Assembly: GCA_965222225.1 (NCBI GenBank)
Contig: CBDCTK010000002.1
Span: forward strand, 1,248,001-1,312,000
DNA: 64,000 nucleotides
DNA from: Candidatus Poribacteria bacterium
Lineage (GTDB): Bacteria > Poribacteria > WGA-4E > JAJDTR01
Direction: 5' to 3'
How positions within the stretch are numbered: position 1 is the stretch's first letter; each line of letters begins with the position of its first letter. The notes under the pieces are model-generated. The model worked only from the letters and a program-made list of their open reading frames with translations, did no database searches and was not told where the DNA came from. Position numbers and translations under genes: made by a program. This document shows positions 1 through 11,215 of this stretch, in pieces.

Positions 1-552
1 GCATACGGCTATTTGCGGGCAGAAGCTGGTATTCATCGGCTGGTCCGCTTGTCTCCGTTCGATTTCAACCATCGTCGTCATACCTCCTTTGCAGCAGCCG
101 CGGTCAGCCCTGAAATCGATGATACCATTGATGTGGAAATCAATCCCGCTGACCTGAGAATTGACTGTTATCGTTCAAGCGGTGCCGGCGGCCAACACGT
201 AAATGTTACAGATTCTGCGGTTCGGATGACCCATCTCCCCACCGGAGTTGTAGTCCAGTGCCAAAATGAGCGCTCACAACACAAGAACCGCGAAGTTGCC
301 ATGAAAATCTTACGTTCGCGGTTATATGAATACTATGAAGCACAACAGCGTGAGGAGATTTCCAAACTGCACGAGGACCGACTTGACATTAACTTTGGGA
401 GCCAGATTCGATCCTATGTGATGCACCCCTACCGACTCGTCAAAGATTTGCGTACGAACATCGAAACCGGTAACGTGGATTCGGTCATGGACGGTGATTT
501 GAACGCCTTTATTGAAGGTTACCTGAAACATAGACAACAGCACAATCCATGA
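1..552 (+). CDS. prfB: Peptide chain release factor 2, C-terminal part (5' truncated by window)
   Basis: SPF tripeptide (RLSPFD), GGQ motif (SGAGGQHVN), QIRSYV; precedes lysS. Confidence 0.97.
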   Translation, partial: AYGYLRAEAGIHRLVRLSPFDFNHRRHTSFAAAAVSPEIDDTIDVEINPADLRIDCYRSSGAGGQHVNVTDSAVRMTHLPTGVVVQCQNERSQHKNREVAMKILRSRLYEYYEAQQREEISKLHEDRLDINFGSQIRSYVMHPYRLVKDLRTNIETGNVDSVMDGDLNAFIEGYLKHRQQHNP

Positions 553-669
553 CACGGTTCGTCCACGGAAGCGCCATATTCATTACCCCTGATTTTATTT
601 GCCTTAATCATTGGCGCGTGCTATACTACTACGCGCTATAATTTGATGGACTTTGAAGGGATATGAAAA

Positions 670-2148
670 TTGGAAGCGCCCAGTAATCTGATTGAACAGC
701 GCCGAGAAAAATTAGACGAAATCCGAACTCTCGGCGCAAATCCATATCCATACAGATACTCGCCAACACACACCACCTCCGAAATTCATTTACAGTTCGC
801 TGAAATCCAAGAAACTCCCGACGAAAGTAAACCAATCTGTATTGCCGGACGTATCATGACCAAACGGGATCACGGCAAGAGTAGCTTTGCCAATGTGCAG
901 GATTCCGAAGGACAGATTCAGATTTACGTCCGCCAGAATGTCATCGGTGCCAACCTTTACGAAATCTACAAAATGCTTGACGTTGGCGACATCATCGGCG
1001 TCAAGGGGGATGTTTTCCGCACTCGAACGGGTGAAATTACAGTCCTGGCAAGTGAGATTGAACTCCTGTCCAAATCGCTTCGCCCGCTTCCTGAAAAATG
1101 GCACGGTCTACAGGATAAGGAAACTCGTTATCGCCAGCGTTATGCCGATCTGATTATGAATCGCGAGGTAAAGGACGTTTTTGCCAAGCGAACCCTAATC
1201 GTTCAGGCTATCCGAGATTATCTTAATGCCATCAATTTTATTGAAGTTGAAACGCCAGTACTTCAACCAATATACGGCGGAGCGAATGCACGGCCATTTG
1301 TCACCCACCACAATACGCTGGATCAAACCCTTTACTTGCGTATTGCGAATGAACTCTATCTAAAACGCTTGATTGTCGGCGGTTTCGATCGCGTATATGA
1401 ATTCTCAAAAGACTTCCGAAATGAAGGCATGGACCGCGATCACAATCCTGAATTTACAATGCTTGAGTTGTATCAGGCATATGCGGACTATGAAGATATC
1501 ATGTGCCTCACTGAGCAGTTGATTGCTCACACCGCTCAAGAGGCGGTTGGCAGCACGACGATATCCTTTCAAGGCGAAGAGATCTCGCTTGAGCCACCAT
1601 GGCGGCGGCTCACTATGATTGAATCAATTGGTGTGGAGACCGGAATCGATGTGGAATCCCTCAATAAGGACGAACTGCATAACGCCGCATTGGATGCGAA
1701 TGTCGATTTGGACAGAATTGAATCAAGAGGGGGAACCATTGCGGCGCTATTTGATGCGCTGGTTGAACCCAATCTGATTCAGCCAACTTTCATTTATGAC
1801 TACCCGATTGAGGTGTCGCCATTTGCCAAGAAAAAGCGAGGCGATGAACGTTTTGTGGAGCGGTTTGAGTATTTCATGGTTGGCATGGAAATGGGAAACG
1901 CCTTCAGCGAGTTGAACGATCCGATAGATCAACGCGAGCGATTCATTGAGCAGGGCAAGAAATTCGAGGCTGGGGACGAAGAAGCATTCATGGTCGACGA
2001 AGATTATCTCCGAGCATTGGAATACGGCATGCCGCCGACAGGCGGACTCGGATTTGGCGTCGATCGACTCACCATGTTGTTGACGAATCAGAGATCAATC
2101 CGGGATGTGATTTTTTTTCCGCAAATGCGACCCGAAGACCAAACCTAA
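670..2148 (+). CDS. lysS: Lysyl-tRNA synthetase (class II)
   Basis: OB fold, YLRIANELYLKRL, FRNEG, YGMPPTGGLG. Confidence 0.98.
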   Translation: MEAPSNLIEQRREKLDEIRTLGANPYPYRYSPTHTTSEIHLQFAEIQETPDESKPICIAGRIMTKRDHGKSSFANVQDSEGQIQIYVRQNVIGANLYEIYKMLDVGDIIGVKGDVFRTRTGEITVLASEIELLSKSLRPLPEKWHGLQDKETRYRQRYADLIMNREVKDVFAKRTLIVQAIRDYLNAINFIEVETPVLQPIYGGANARPFVTHHNTLDQTLYLRIANELYLKRLIVGGFDRVYEFSKDFRNEGMDRDHNPEFTMLELYQAYADYEDIMCLTEQLIAHTAQEAVGSTTISFQGEEISLEPPWRRLTMIESIGVETGIDVESLNKDELHNAALDANVDLDRIESRGGTIAALFDALVEPNLIQPTFIYDYPIEVSPFAKKKRGDERFVERFEYFMVGMEMGNAFSELNDPIDQRERFIEQGKKFEAGDEEAFMVDEDYLRALEYGMPPTGGLGFGVDRLTMLLTNQRSIRDVIFFPQMRPEDQT

Positions 2149-2166
2149 TCCGGATTGTCACGCATT

Positions 2167-3639
2167 ATGAAATTTGAGTGGTTTATTGCTTCTCGTTACC
2201 TAAGGTCTCGAAGAGAGCAGTCGTTTATCTCGATTATCGGCGTCATATCCGTCGTCAGTGTTGCGCTTGGTATTGCGGTTGTTATTCTTGTTATTTCCGT
2301 GATGAACGGTTTCGAACATGGGCTAAAGGAGAAATTCCTCGCCAATGAAGCCCATGTCACAGTTCGTTTGGCAGGCGGAAATTACTTCTCGAATTATCAG
2401 GACACCATCAAACAAATCGAAGCCATTGACGGGGTTGAAGCCGCTTCTCCGGTGATTTACACTCCGATTGCGGTTTGGCCCAAGGACAAAACGTCGATTG
2501 ATAGGACAATATTCGTAAAAGGTATTGATCCGGAGAAGGAGGATCGGGTAACACGCTTCTCAAAGTTTTTTGATAGGTCTACTGACTTCAAAAATTCACC
2601 CCTGATTGAAAGTGCTCGCTTGAAGGGAGATGAAACGATTTCTGGCGGCATTGTTTTGGGAGACGCCGTCGCAAATCACATGGGAGTCCTAAAAGGAGAT
2701 GTGTTGCGCTTAATCTCCAGAATGGAGCAAAACCCCATGGATCCAACCGCTTTTTGGGCACACATTCGGAACTATGTCGTGGTTGGCATTTACAAGTCTG
2801 GGATGTACGCCTACGACAATCACCTCGGTTTTATCCACTTGGAGGCGGCGCAGAAACTGTACAATCGCCCTGATCAGATTAATATGATTGAGGTGCGCAC
2901 ATCAAGCGCGGAGATTGCATCTGAAGTACGAGGGCGTATAGCATCGACAATCCGTTTTGACGGAGGGATTCGCGGCATACCAATTGCCAACACATGGGTA
3001 GACACGCATGCTCCCCTGTTTGATGCCATAAAGTTGGAGAAGCGTGTCACCGTAATTATTGAAGCATTGATTATCCTCGTAGCCGCATTTAATATCGCCA
3101 GCACGCTGATTATGACGGTCATGGAGAAAACTCGGGACATCGGCATTCTTCGTGCGATGGGATCTTCCAAGCGTAACATCCTCAAAATCTTCATGGTCCA
3201 AGGCTGCGCTATCGGTGTGTTGGGAGGCATACTGGGTACAGTCTTGGGCGTGAGCATCTCTTGGCTGCTTGATCTACAGAATATTCGACCTTCACGTTGG
3301 TTTGCGCTACTCATTCTGATTCCAATCAGTATTCAGTTCTTAATTGCATTTCGACATTTCTTTAGTGCATTTCGACTCTCATTAGCGCTGCGTTTCAGCT
3401 TTAAGTGGCTGCAAGGCTTGCTGTGGATTGGGGCAATCGGACTATTTCTCTATTGCCTCGCCCAGCCGATATACATAGATGGCCAAGTTTATCAATTGAG
3501 TCGCCTGCCCGTTAAGATTAACTGGCACTTTGTTGGCTTTATGAATATTCTTTCATTTGCAATCTGCTGGCTCGCGACAGTGTATCCGGCGTGGCAGGCT
3601 TCAAAGCTCAACCCCGTTGAGGCATTGCGATATGAATAA
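2167..3639 (+). CDS. lolE: Lipoprotein-releasing ABC permease LolC/E family
   Basis: FIASRYL, SVMNGF, VAAFNIASTL, YPAWQASKLNPVEALRYE; overlaps lolD start. Confidence 0.9.
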   Translation: MKFEWFIASRYLRSRREQSFISIIGVISVVSVALGIAVVILVISVMNGFEHGLKEKFLANEAHVTVRLAGGNYFSNYQDTIKQIEAIDGVEAASPVIYTPIAVWPKDKTSIDRTIFVKGIDPEKEDRVTRFSKFFDRSTDFKNSPLIESARLKGDETISGGIVLGDAVANHMGVLKGDVLRLISRMEQNPMDPTAFWAHIRNYVVVGIYKSGMYAYDNHLGFIHLEAAQKLYNRPDQINMIEVRTSSAEIASEVRGRIASTIRFDGGIRGIPIANTWVDTHAPLFDAIKLEKRVTVIIEALIILVAAFNIASTLIMTVMEKTRDIGILRAMGSSKRNILKIFMVQGCAIGVLGGILGTVLGVSISWLLDLQNIRPSRWFALLILIPISIQFLIAFRHFFSAFRLSLALRFSFKWLQGLLWIGAIGLFLYCLAQPIYIDGQVYQLSRLPVKINWHFVGFMNILSFAICWLATVYPAWQASKLNPVEALRYE

Positions 3640-4327
3640 TCTCATTCGCACTGTCGATCTACATAAGTCATATTACGATGGGGCAAAAGAACTTCCCGTA
3701 CTCAATGGTATTGATATAGAGATCGAAAAAGGCGAGATTCTCGCAATCATCGGCGCGTCAGGCGTCGGCAAGAGTACATTGCTGCATCTAATCGGTGGGC
3801 TGGATCGCCCAATACAAGGCAAAGTCTTCTACGAAAATCAGGACATCTTCAATTTTAACGACCGAGAGCTGGATCGATTTCGGAATCTCGGAGTAGGGTT
3901 CGTTTTCCAATTCCATCACCTGTTGCCAGAGTTTACAGCTATTGAAAACGTAGCACTCGGAGCGCTGATTGCCGGCAAAAATAGTCACGATGCGCGCGCC
4001 GACGCCGGGAAGTTGCTTGACTACGTCGGATTGTCCGAACGGCTTGAACATCATCCAAGCGAACTTTCAGGTGGCGAACGACAACGCGTAGCCCTCGCCC
4101 GCGCTCTGATTAATCGCCCCAAAGTGGTACTTGCCGACGAACCAACAGGGAATCTCGACCGTAAAACTAGTGCGGCGGTGTTGGATCTATTGTGGGATTT
4201 GAACGATCGTTTCGACCAAACGTTTATTATTGTCACCCACAATCAAGCCCTGGCGCAGCGAGCGGATCGGTTGATTCACCTCGTTGATGGAAGGGTCTCG
4301 AATCAAGTCCAAGTGGTTGACCTATGA
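3632..4327 (+). CDS. lolD: Lipoprotein-releasing ABC ATPase
   Basis: Walker A GASGVGKST, GFVFQFHHLL, LSGGE, DEPTGNLD; ATG at 3632. Confidence 0.93.
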   Translation: MNNLIRTVDLHKSYYDGAKELPVLNGIDIEIEKGEILAIIGASGVGKSTLLHLIGGLDRPIQGKVFYENQDIFNFNDRELDRFRNLGVGFVFQFHHLLPEFTAIENVALGALIAGKNSHDARADAGKLLDYVGLSERLEHHPSELSGGERQRVALARALINRPKVVLADEPTGNLDRKTSAAVLDLLWDLNDRFDQTFIIVTHNQALAQRADRLIHLVDGRVSNQVQVVDL

Positions 4328-4389
4328 AGCGAATTCCGAATGAGGTTTACAAGGCGAAGATTCATTAAAGTACGCTAAAACAGAGTGTC

Positions 4390-5457
4390 ATGGAAATCAA
4401 GATAACAAAATCAACAAATCTCCGGCAGAATCGTCCAAAGGATTCTGAGTTATGCTTCGGCAAATACACTACCGATCACATGTTTCTAATGGACTATGCC
4501 CTCGGAAAGGGATGGCATGATGCTCGTATTGTTCCCTACCAATACTTGCGCTTGGATCCGGCGGCGATGGTGTTACACTACAATCAGGAGGTTTTTGAGG
4601 GCTTAAAAGCCTATGCTCTCGCAGACGGCGGTATCGGTCTGTTTAGACCGGAGAAGAATATTCAGCGGATGAACACCTCTGCCCAGAGGCTAGTAATGCC
4701 GGAGGTGGACGGTCAACTGTTTCTTCAAGCGATGAAACAGCTAGTTTTGATTGATCGCGAGAGGCTCCCGAAATCCGAGGGTACATCCCTTTATATCCGC
4801 CCCACAATGATTGCAACCGAACCGATGATTGGGATCCGAGCTTCGGAACGGTATCTGTTTTACATCATCCTTTCTCCGGTAGGTGCCTACTACCCCGAAG
4901 GCTTTAACCCAACACGCATTTATGTTTCTGATACGCATGTGCGCGCCGCGAAACACGGCGTCGGTAACGTCAAAACCTCGGGAAATTACGGATCGACCCT
5001 TTTTGTCTCGCAGGAAGCCGCGGTGAAAGGGTATAGCCAGGTCTTATGGCTTGATGCAAACGAACTTAAGTACATAGAAGAGGTCGGTACAAGCAATGTT
5101 TTCTTCTTGATTGACGATGAGCTTGTTACTCCTCCCCTTAAAGGCACCATTCTGCCGGGAATCACGCGAGACTCGGCACTCCAGCTTGCCAGACGTTGGG
5201 GACTCTACGTTTCTGAGCGGTTGATTTCCATTGATGAGGTCATTGGTGCATGCCGAAGTGGCGCACTCAAAGAAATGTTTGCCACGGGGACGGCGGCGGT
5301 TATCTCCCCGGTAGGCGAAATATCCTATAAAGGCAAGCAATTCCGGATAGCGGATGGCAAGACGGGAGAACTTGCTCAGAGGTTTTATGACGAACTCACC
5401 GGCATTCAATACGGTCGCATAGAAGACCCATTTGGATGGCGAATCCGTGTCGATTGA
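4390..5457 (+). CDS. ilvE: Branched-chain amino acid aminotransferase
   Basis: FEGLKAY, LYIRP, KTSGNY, ILPGITR, GTAAVISP. Confidence 0.95.
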   Translation: MEIKITKSTNLRQNRPKDSELCFGKYTTDHMFLMDYALGKGWHDARIVPYQYLRLDPAAMVLHYNQEVFEGLKAYALADGGIGLFRPEKNIQRMNTSAQRLVMPEVDGQLFLQAMKQLVLIDRERLPKSEGTSLYIRPTMIATEPMIGIRASERYLFYIILSPVGAYYPEGFNPTRIYVSDTHVRAAKHGVGNVKTSGNYGSTLFVSQEAAVKGYSQVLWLDANELKYIEEVGTSNVFFLIDDELVTPPLKGTILPGITRDSALQLARRWGLYVSERLISIDEVIGACRSGALKEMFATGTAAVISPVGEISYKGKQFRIADGKTGELAQRFYDELTGIQYGRIEDPFGWRIRVD

Positions 5458-5839
5458 AGCTCGCATCTGACAAGGGCGAATTAGGCCGATTCGGCGATAA
5501 CGAAAACCTATGATACCCAGCACCGATTTACCATTTATCGCAGATATTCACATGCCGCTCCTCGGGAGCGCCATGTTGGGCTGTCTCGGGAATAACGATT
5601 GTCGAAACTCCAAGTTGGGGACCGGGCAAGGTGCAATATTTTGGGGTGCATATTGTGCTAATTCAACCTCGGAACAAGGCGATCATCAAATCGGCGACAA
5701 AATCCTCATGCATATCCATCTGCGCCTTTTGGGTTTACATTAAACACATGCATTTGTCGACCAGAACCCGCAGCACCCGGAAAGCTGTCAAGGAAGCCTG
5801 CTTAATCCGCAATAACGCACCATCAGGAGGTGTTTTGAC

Positions 5840-8443
5840 ATGTCCAGAATTGCATTCAGCACATTGATTCTGCTATTTGCATTGGCGAATAGTCTAATGC
5901 TAGCTCGCGCAGAAGAAGCAACGAACACAGAAAATCCCGTGGCGGATACTGTTGACCAAGCTCTAATTGTAAAAAAAATCACCTTTGAGGGGATAAAGAA
6001 CACCCCGGAAGACTTCTTTGAAATACTTATACAAACCAGAATTGGCGAGGAAATCTCTCCGGATCGTCTTTCCGAAGACATTAAGAACCTTTACAAAAAC
6101 ACCGGTTTTTTCTCTGACTTTGGCGATGCAGGAGAATCCCCGATTAGAGTTGAAGTTAAACCTGCTGAAGGCGGCGGTCTGGAAGTTATCTACAAACTCA
6201 TAGAAAGCCCAAAAATCGAAAGTGTCAAAATCATTGGAAATGAGCAGTTGAAGACGGGCAAGATTCAGGAAGCCATTACACTTAAACCCAGTGAGATTTA
6301 CAGCGATCAGCGCCGCTGGGAAAGTGAAAGAGCTATTCTTAACGTGTACAAGGAAAAAGGTTACTACCTTGCCACGATAAAGTCTGACACTAGTGTAGAT
6401 CGGGATACAAATACCATTGTGGCCACTTTTGAGATTAGCGAAGGTGAACGCATCAAGATTCAGGAGATTAATTTTGTCGACAACAGTAACATCCCTGAGA
6501 AAACGCTTAGCAAAAAGATTAAAACTCGTGTCGGTAAGCATTTCGATGAGAACCTGTTGGATGAAGACATGATCCTCTTGCGCCACTATTACCAAGATCA
6601 GGGATATGCGCAGATCGAGGTCGAAGGATATGAACATCGTCTTACTGCTGATAACACTGGACTGATAATTGATATTTCCGTTGATGAGGGCCCGGAATAT
6701 ATTATAGGCACCTATGACATCAATGTCCTGCATGCGAAGAAACCCGCCTTTTCAGAAGATAAGATTCGCGATATGCTAGATCCGATTGAAGGCGAAATCT
6801 TTGACCGAGGGACGTTTCAGGAGTCGATTGAAAAGATTCAAAAAGCCTACCAAGATAAAGGGTTCCTCCTGTCAGAGTTGTCGCCAGTTCCGCACTTTAA
6901 CGAAACAACGGCGATTGTTGATATCGCATTGGACATTAATGAAGGGGATGTCATCATCATCGAAAAAGTGGAGATTGACGGGTTGGAGAAAACCAAAAAG
7001 AATGTCGTCAAGCGAGAACTCGATCGAGTGAATCTCAAAAGTGGAGAATTTCTTGATGTAAAATCTCTGCGCAAAGCTCGCCAGAAGCTCTTCCAAATGG
7101 GCCCATTTATCCGAAATGTCGATTTTATACCTACTCCTAACGCCCTCGGAGAGAACAGTCGCGATCTCAAGGTTGAAATCACCGAAACGTCGAGGACCGG
7201 TATGTTCAGCCTCGGGGGCGGATACGGCACGGAAGGCGGCATCTTTGGCGTTGCGGAAGTCGGTGAAAATAACCTCTTTGGGCGCGCTTACCGCGTGCAC
7301 TTAAAAGGAGAACTAGGCACACGCGATCGTCACACCGCGGAACTCCGCTTCAACTCCCCCTGGATTTTCGGCACGCCGACACGTTTGAATGTTCGTCTTT
7401 ACAACACACGACGGCTCCACCGATATTACAATTCAATTATTTACCGTGACCGTGGATTGGACCGCTCCATTTATTCACGAAAAGGGGGTACGGTAACCGT
7501 AGGACGATCGATTGCCCAGGACATTGATATATCTGTTCGCCTCAGAAACGAGTATACACACGACAATCGCGGAGATCCCCTTTTCTCCATTGGTCTAAAT
7601 CACCAAGCAAGCCTAGATAGTGGTATCGTTACGGATGAGTTGGGGGCGGAATTTGAAAACGGTGGGAATGCTCTTTCTGAAAACGCCACTACTTCGATTT
7701 ACGAACTTGGTCGGGAATGGAGAGTTGAAGATCTTGAGGATGAAGCCGATGCTACGAAGAAATTCGTAATCCGTCAGGGGGAGGATGCATTAAACTTAGA
7801 TGTATATAGATCGGGACAGCATCCCTTCGATCGTACTGTTCGAAGTATCACATTCTTCCTATCCAGAGATACGCGTGATTATCTGACGAGCATCTACGAC
7901 CCGGTGTCCGGTTCCTTGAACACGCTTTCCTATGAACACGCTGGAGGTCTTCTAAGAGCCGAAAGTGACTTCCAGCGATATACTTTGGACTCGAGTTGGT
8001 TCCTAAGCACATGGAGTAATCACGTTTTTGCCTCTCACGCGAGGGCTGGCTTCTTGAATAGTCGAACCAGCGACGATTCGTTTCTTCGTTATGAACGTTT
8101 TCTCTTGGGCGGTATTGATACCGTCCGAGGATATGAAGACTACGAAATCATACCATCTAGCGGCAACTATAACGGCGGAAACAAGGTTTTCTATGCAAAC
8201 TTTGAATACCGTATTCCGCTCGGCTCACAGCTGACGGGTTCTGCATTCTTCGATATTGGTCAAGTTTGGGATGAATATCAGCCCAATATCTTCAAGGATA
8301 TCAATTTAAGGAAAGGTGCCGGCGTAGGAATTCGGTTCAACCTGCTAGGCATGTTGGCACGAGCCGAATGGGGATATGGATTTGACCGACCTGGAGGACA
8401 AAAGAGAGGTAAGCTCCATTTTACAATCGGTCCGGGCTTCTAG
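5840..8443 (+). CDS. bamA: Outer membrane protein assembly factor BamA
   Basis: Signal peptide, POTRA repeats, GGIDTVRGY motif, C-terminal Phe; followed by skp and lpxD. Confidence 0.93.
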   Translation: MSRIAFSTLILLFALANSLMLARAEEATNTENPVADTVDQALIVKKITFEGIKNTPEDFFEILIQTRIGEEISPDRLSEDIKNLYKNTGFFSDFGDAGESPIRVEVKPAEGGGLEVIYKLIESPKIESVKIIGNEQLKTGKIQEAITLKPSEIYSDQRRWESERAILNVYKEKGYYLATIKSDTSVDRDTNTIVATFEISEGERIKIQEINFVDNSNIPEKTLSKKIKTRVGKHFDENLLDEDMILLRHYYQDQGYAQIEVEGYEHRLTADNTGLIIDISVDEGPEYIIGTYDINVLHAKKPAFSEDKIRDMLDPIEGEIFDRGTFQESIEKIQKAYQDKGFLLSELSPVPHFNETTAIVDIALDINEGDVIIIEKVEIDGLEKTKKNVVKRELDRVNLKSGEFLDVKSLRKARQKLFQMGPFIRNVDFIPTPNALGENSRDLKVEITETSRTGMFSLGGGYGTEGGIFGVAEVGENNLFGRAYRVHLKGELGTRDRHTAELRFNSPWIFGTPTRLNVRLYNTRRLHRYYNSIIYRDRGLDRSIYSRKGGTVTVGRSIAQDIDISVRLRNEYTHDNRGDPLFSIGLNHQASLDSGIVTDELGAEFENGGNALSENATTSIYELGREWRVEDLEDEADATKKFVIRQGEDALNLDVYRSGQHPFDRTVRSITFFLSRDTRDYLTSIYDPVSGSLNTLSYEHAGGLLRAESDFQRYTLDSSWFLSTWSNHVFASHARAGFLNSRTSDDSFLRYERFLLGGIDTVRGYEDYEIIPSSGNYNGGNKVFYANFEYRIPLGSQLTGSAFFDIGQVWDEYQPNIFKDINLRKGAGVGIRFNLLGMLARAEWGYGFDRPGGQKRGKLHFTIGPGF

Positions 8444-8512
8444 GCGATTGCCATGGTACATAGTAATCGTCCACACACTACTCATTAATCTCAAACATAT
8501 AAGGATCGACAC

Positions 8513-9094
8513 ATGAAGCGAATTTCGATATTATACGCCACTGTTGGGATTGGGATATTTGCGATCGCCATTAGCGCGGTGGCTCAGAATCAATTTAAAC
8601 TCGGGGTTGTTGACACGCAGAAGGTCTTTGAAGGATATAAGAGCGCGAAAGCCGCTGACGAGGTTTTGAAAACTGCAGAGGACAAACTCCGAGCCCAGCT
8701 CGAAGATGTCCGCGAACAGATTCTAACAATGGAGGAACGGCTCACTAAGCATAAACTCTTCCTTGAAGATCCCGAAACTGAAAGCATAGAGAATGACATC
8801 CGGCTGAAAAAACAGCAATATCAGCGTGAGTTGGAAATGGGCCAACAGTCAATCTTGGCAAAGCAAAAGGAGCTTGTTGAACCAATCCTGAATGAGATTG
8901 AGACACTTATCAAGGAAATTGGCAAGAATGGAGCGTATAACCTGATTCTTGAGAAACGCCTTGTTACGCTTTATGTTGATCCAAGCTACGATTTGACGGA
9001 GAGCGTGACTCAAACGCTGAATGAACGATATGAAGAGACGAATTCGTCTGAGCCAAGCGAAAAGGATGCCGAGAAATCAGAAACTCCCCAATAG
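8513..9094 (+). CDS. skp: Skp/OmpH periplasmic chaperone
   Basis: Signal peptide, KLGVVDTQKVF, coiled coil, YNLILE..DLT; synteny. Confidence 0.9.
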   Translation: MKRISILYATVGIGIFAIAISAVAQNQFKLGVVDTQKVFEGYKSAKAADEVLKTAEDKLRAQLEDVREQILTMEERLTKHKLFLEDPETESIENDIRLKKQQYQRELEMGQQSILAKQKELVEPILNEIETLIKEIGKNGAYNLILEKRLVTLYVDPSYDLTESVTQTLNERYEETNSSEPSEKDAEKSETPQ

Positions 9095-9178
9095 AAAAGG
9101 AGGGATGGGACGGGGTGATAACCGTTCATTGACCACGAATAATTATCAAACTGTCCTGTTGCACCGGATGGGGGCAAT

Positions 9179-10234
9179 ATGGTAAAAACACTGAAGGAAA
9201 TATCTGAGTTAATTGATGGAGATTTGTGCGGTGACGGCGATTTGGAGATTACCGGCGTATCGGGAATCAAAGAGGCGCACCCGAATGAGATTACGTTTGT
9301 TGCCAATGCCAAATACCGTAGCGAGATGGAGCACACAAATGCCTCCGCGATAATAATTGGCACGGACATCCAGTGCAATGGGAAAGCCACAATTCGAGTT
9401 GCAGATCCCTATCTCTCCTTCGTTAAAGTCCTCGAAAATTTTTCTTGGCGCAAGAAACGCAGGACCGAGTTCGGAGTTCATGAAACCGCCATTATCGGCG
9501 AAAATGTCCACGTGGGAGAACGGGTCTCAATCCAAGCCCATGCATATATAGGGGATAACGTCGAAATTGGGGATGACACTATAATCAGTCCCCTTGTATA
9601 CATCGGTCATGATACCAAGATTGGCAGTGGAACGTTAATCTATCCCCGCGTTACAATCCGGGAAGAAATCCAAATTGGCGATCGCGTAATTATTCACTGT
9701 GGTGCCGTAATCGGAAGCGATGGGTTTGGGTTTGCGACCGTTAGTGACCGGCATCATAAAATCCCGCAAATCGGCAGCGTCATCATTGAGGATGATGTTG
9801 AAATTGGTGCTAACACCACAGTGGATCGGGCAACAATGACAAACGGGGCTACTGTTATCAAGCGCGGCACCAAGATTGACAACCTGGTTCAAATCGCCCA
9901 TAATGTTGTAATCGGCGAAGACTGTCGGCTAGCTGCCCAAGTGGGAATCGCTGGAAGTGCCGTGCTCAAAGACCGGATAACAGTTGCAGGCCAGGCGGGG
10001 GTGGTTGGACACCTGACAATTGGGGAAGATACTGTTATATTCGCAAAATCCGGCGTCACCAAGAATACGCCGGCTGGAAGTTGTGTCTCTGGATTCCCAG
10101 CACGACCTCATGCACAAGAAATGCGAGTCCTAGGCGCTTGGCATAAATTACCATCAGAGTTTTCCCAGCTTCAGAAACGGGTAGCCGAACTAGAATCTCA
10201 ACTTCGTCAGAGTGACGATGAGTCATTTGAATAG
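9179..10234 (+). CDS. lpxD: UDP-3-O-acylglucosamine N-acyltransferase
   Basis: Hexapeptide repeats, [18 protein letters not shown]. Confidence 0.96.
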   Translation: MVKTLKEISELIDGDLCGDGDLEITGVSGIKEAHPNEITFVANAKYRSEMEHTNASAIIIGTDIQCNGKATIRVADPYLSFVKVLENFSWRKKRRTEFGVHETAIIGENVHVGERVSIQAHAYIGDNVEIGDDTIISPLVYIGHDTKIGSGTLIYPRVTIREEIQIGDRVIIHCGAVIGSDGFGFATVSDRHHKIPQIGSVIIEDDVEIGANTTVDRATMTNGATVIKRGTKIDNLVQIAHNVVIGEDCRLAAQVGIAGSAVLKDRITVAGQAGVVGHLTIGEDTVIFAKSGVTKNTPAGSCVSGFPARPHAQEMRVLGAWHKLPSEFSQLQKRVAELESQLRQSDDESFE

Positions 10235-11189
10235 GTCACAACCCTCTAACGATGGGACTCCCCTTGGATTATCCGTCTCAGTGTTGGCATATCATAAAAT
10301 CGATGGTGGGTTTGAACTTGGCGTTAACTCTATTTCTCCCGAAGCGTTTGACCGCCAGATGCGGTTTCTTGCCGAACACGGTTATACTGCTATTACCGTT
10401 GACCGCTTCATTCAGGCGATTGACTCGTTCTCCCTCCAGAAAAAAAACTCAGAGGGGCATTCCCTCCACTCAAGCCAGTTGCCCCGGGGCTCTACGCTTC
10501 GATTGAAACAGGAGGAAAACGACCATACTCCCTACCCTCTTTCCCGCGAAGAGTCGACTTGTGAACGGCAGGAAGAATTCGATCTACCGTCCAGATCCAT
10601 CATGATTACCTTTGACGATGGATATGAAGATTTCTATACGTCGGCTCAACCCATATTAACGAAATATGGCTTAACCGCTACCGTTTTTGTTCTCGCGGGA
10701 TACATTGGGAAGTTGAACACGTGGGATGTCCGATTACGGTTGAAGCAATCACGACATTTAAATAGCAATCAGATTCAAACCCTTTTTGGAAAGGGATTTG
10801 GAATTGCCTGCCATGGTATGCAGCATCGTTTTCTGACGCGCTGTAACGAGGCGAACACAAAGGTCGAACTTTGGGAATCAAAAGCAATCCTTGAGAATTT
10901 ACTGCATCACCCTGTTCACAGCTTTGCTTACCCATACGGATGTGCGAACCCCAAAGTTGCGGAGCAAGTCAAATCCGCGGGTTATCGCATTGCCTTTAGC
11001 TTGAAGCCCAACAAAGCGATAGCATCAGAATCAATCTATCGTTATCCGCGCATAGCAGTTTATCGATGTGACACGCTTTCAACCTTTCAGGCAAAGTTGG
11101 GTTTGCGGGGACGACATCGCTTCAAGTTAGAGAGTATGAAAAACAGCGTCATAAACCGTTTTGCCTATTTGAATCGACTCCGGCACTGA
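10212..11189 (+). CDS. Polysaccharide deacetylase (CE4, IcaB/PgaB-like)
   Basis: VLAYHKI, ITFDDGY, HGMQH, FAYPYG. Confidence 0.88.
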   Translation: MTMSHLNRSQPSNDGTPLGLSVSVLAYHKIDGGFELGVNSISPEAFDRQMRFLAEHGYTAITVDRFIQAIDSFSLQKKNSEGHSLHSSQLPRGSTLRLKQEENDHTPYPLSREESTCERQEEFDLPSRSIMITFDDGYEDFYTSAQPILTKYGLTATVFVLAGYIGKLNTWDVRLRLKQSRHLNSNQIQTLFGKGFGIACHGMQHRFLTRCNEANTKVELWESKAILENLLHHPVHSFAYPYGCANPKVAEQVKSAGYRIAFSLKPNKAIASESIYRYPRIAVYRCDTLSTFQAKLGLRGRHRFKLESMKNSVINRFAYLNRLRH

Positions 11190-11215
11190 CAAGAGGACAA
11201 CGGGAAAATGCGGAG

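Noticed and set aside
5510-5867. Short ORFs between ilvE and bamA
   Set aside because: No motifs and mutually overlapping; cannot be supported
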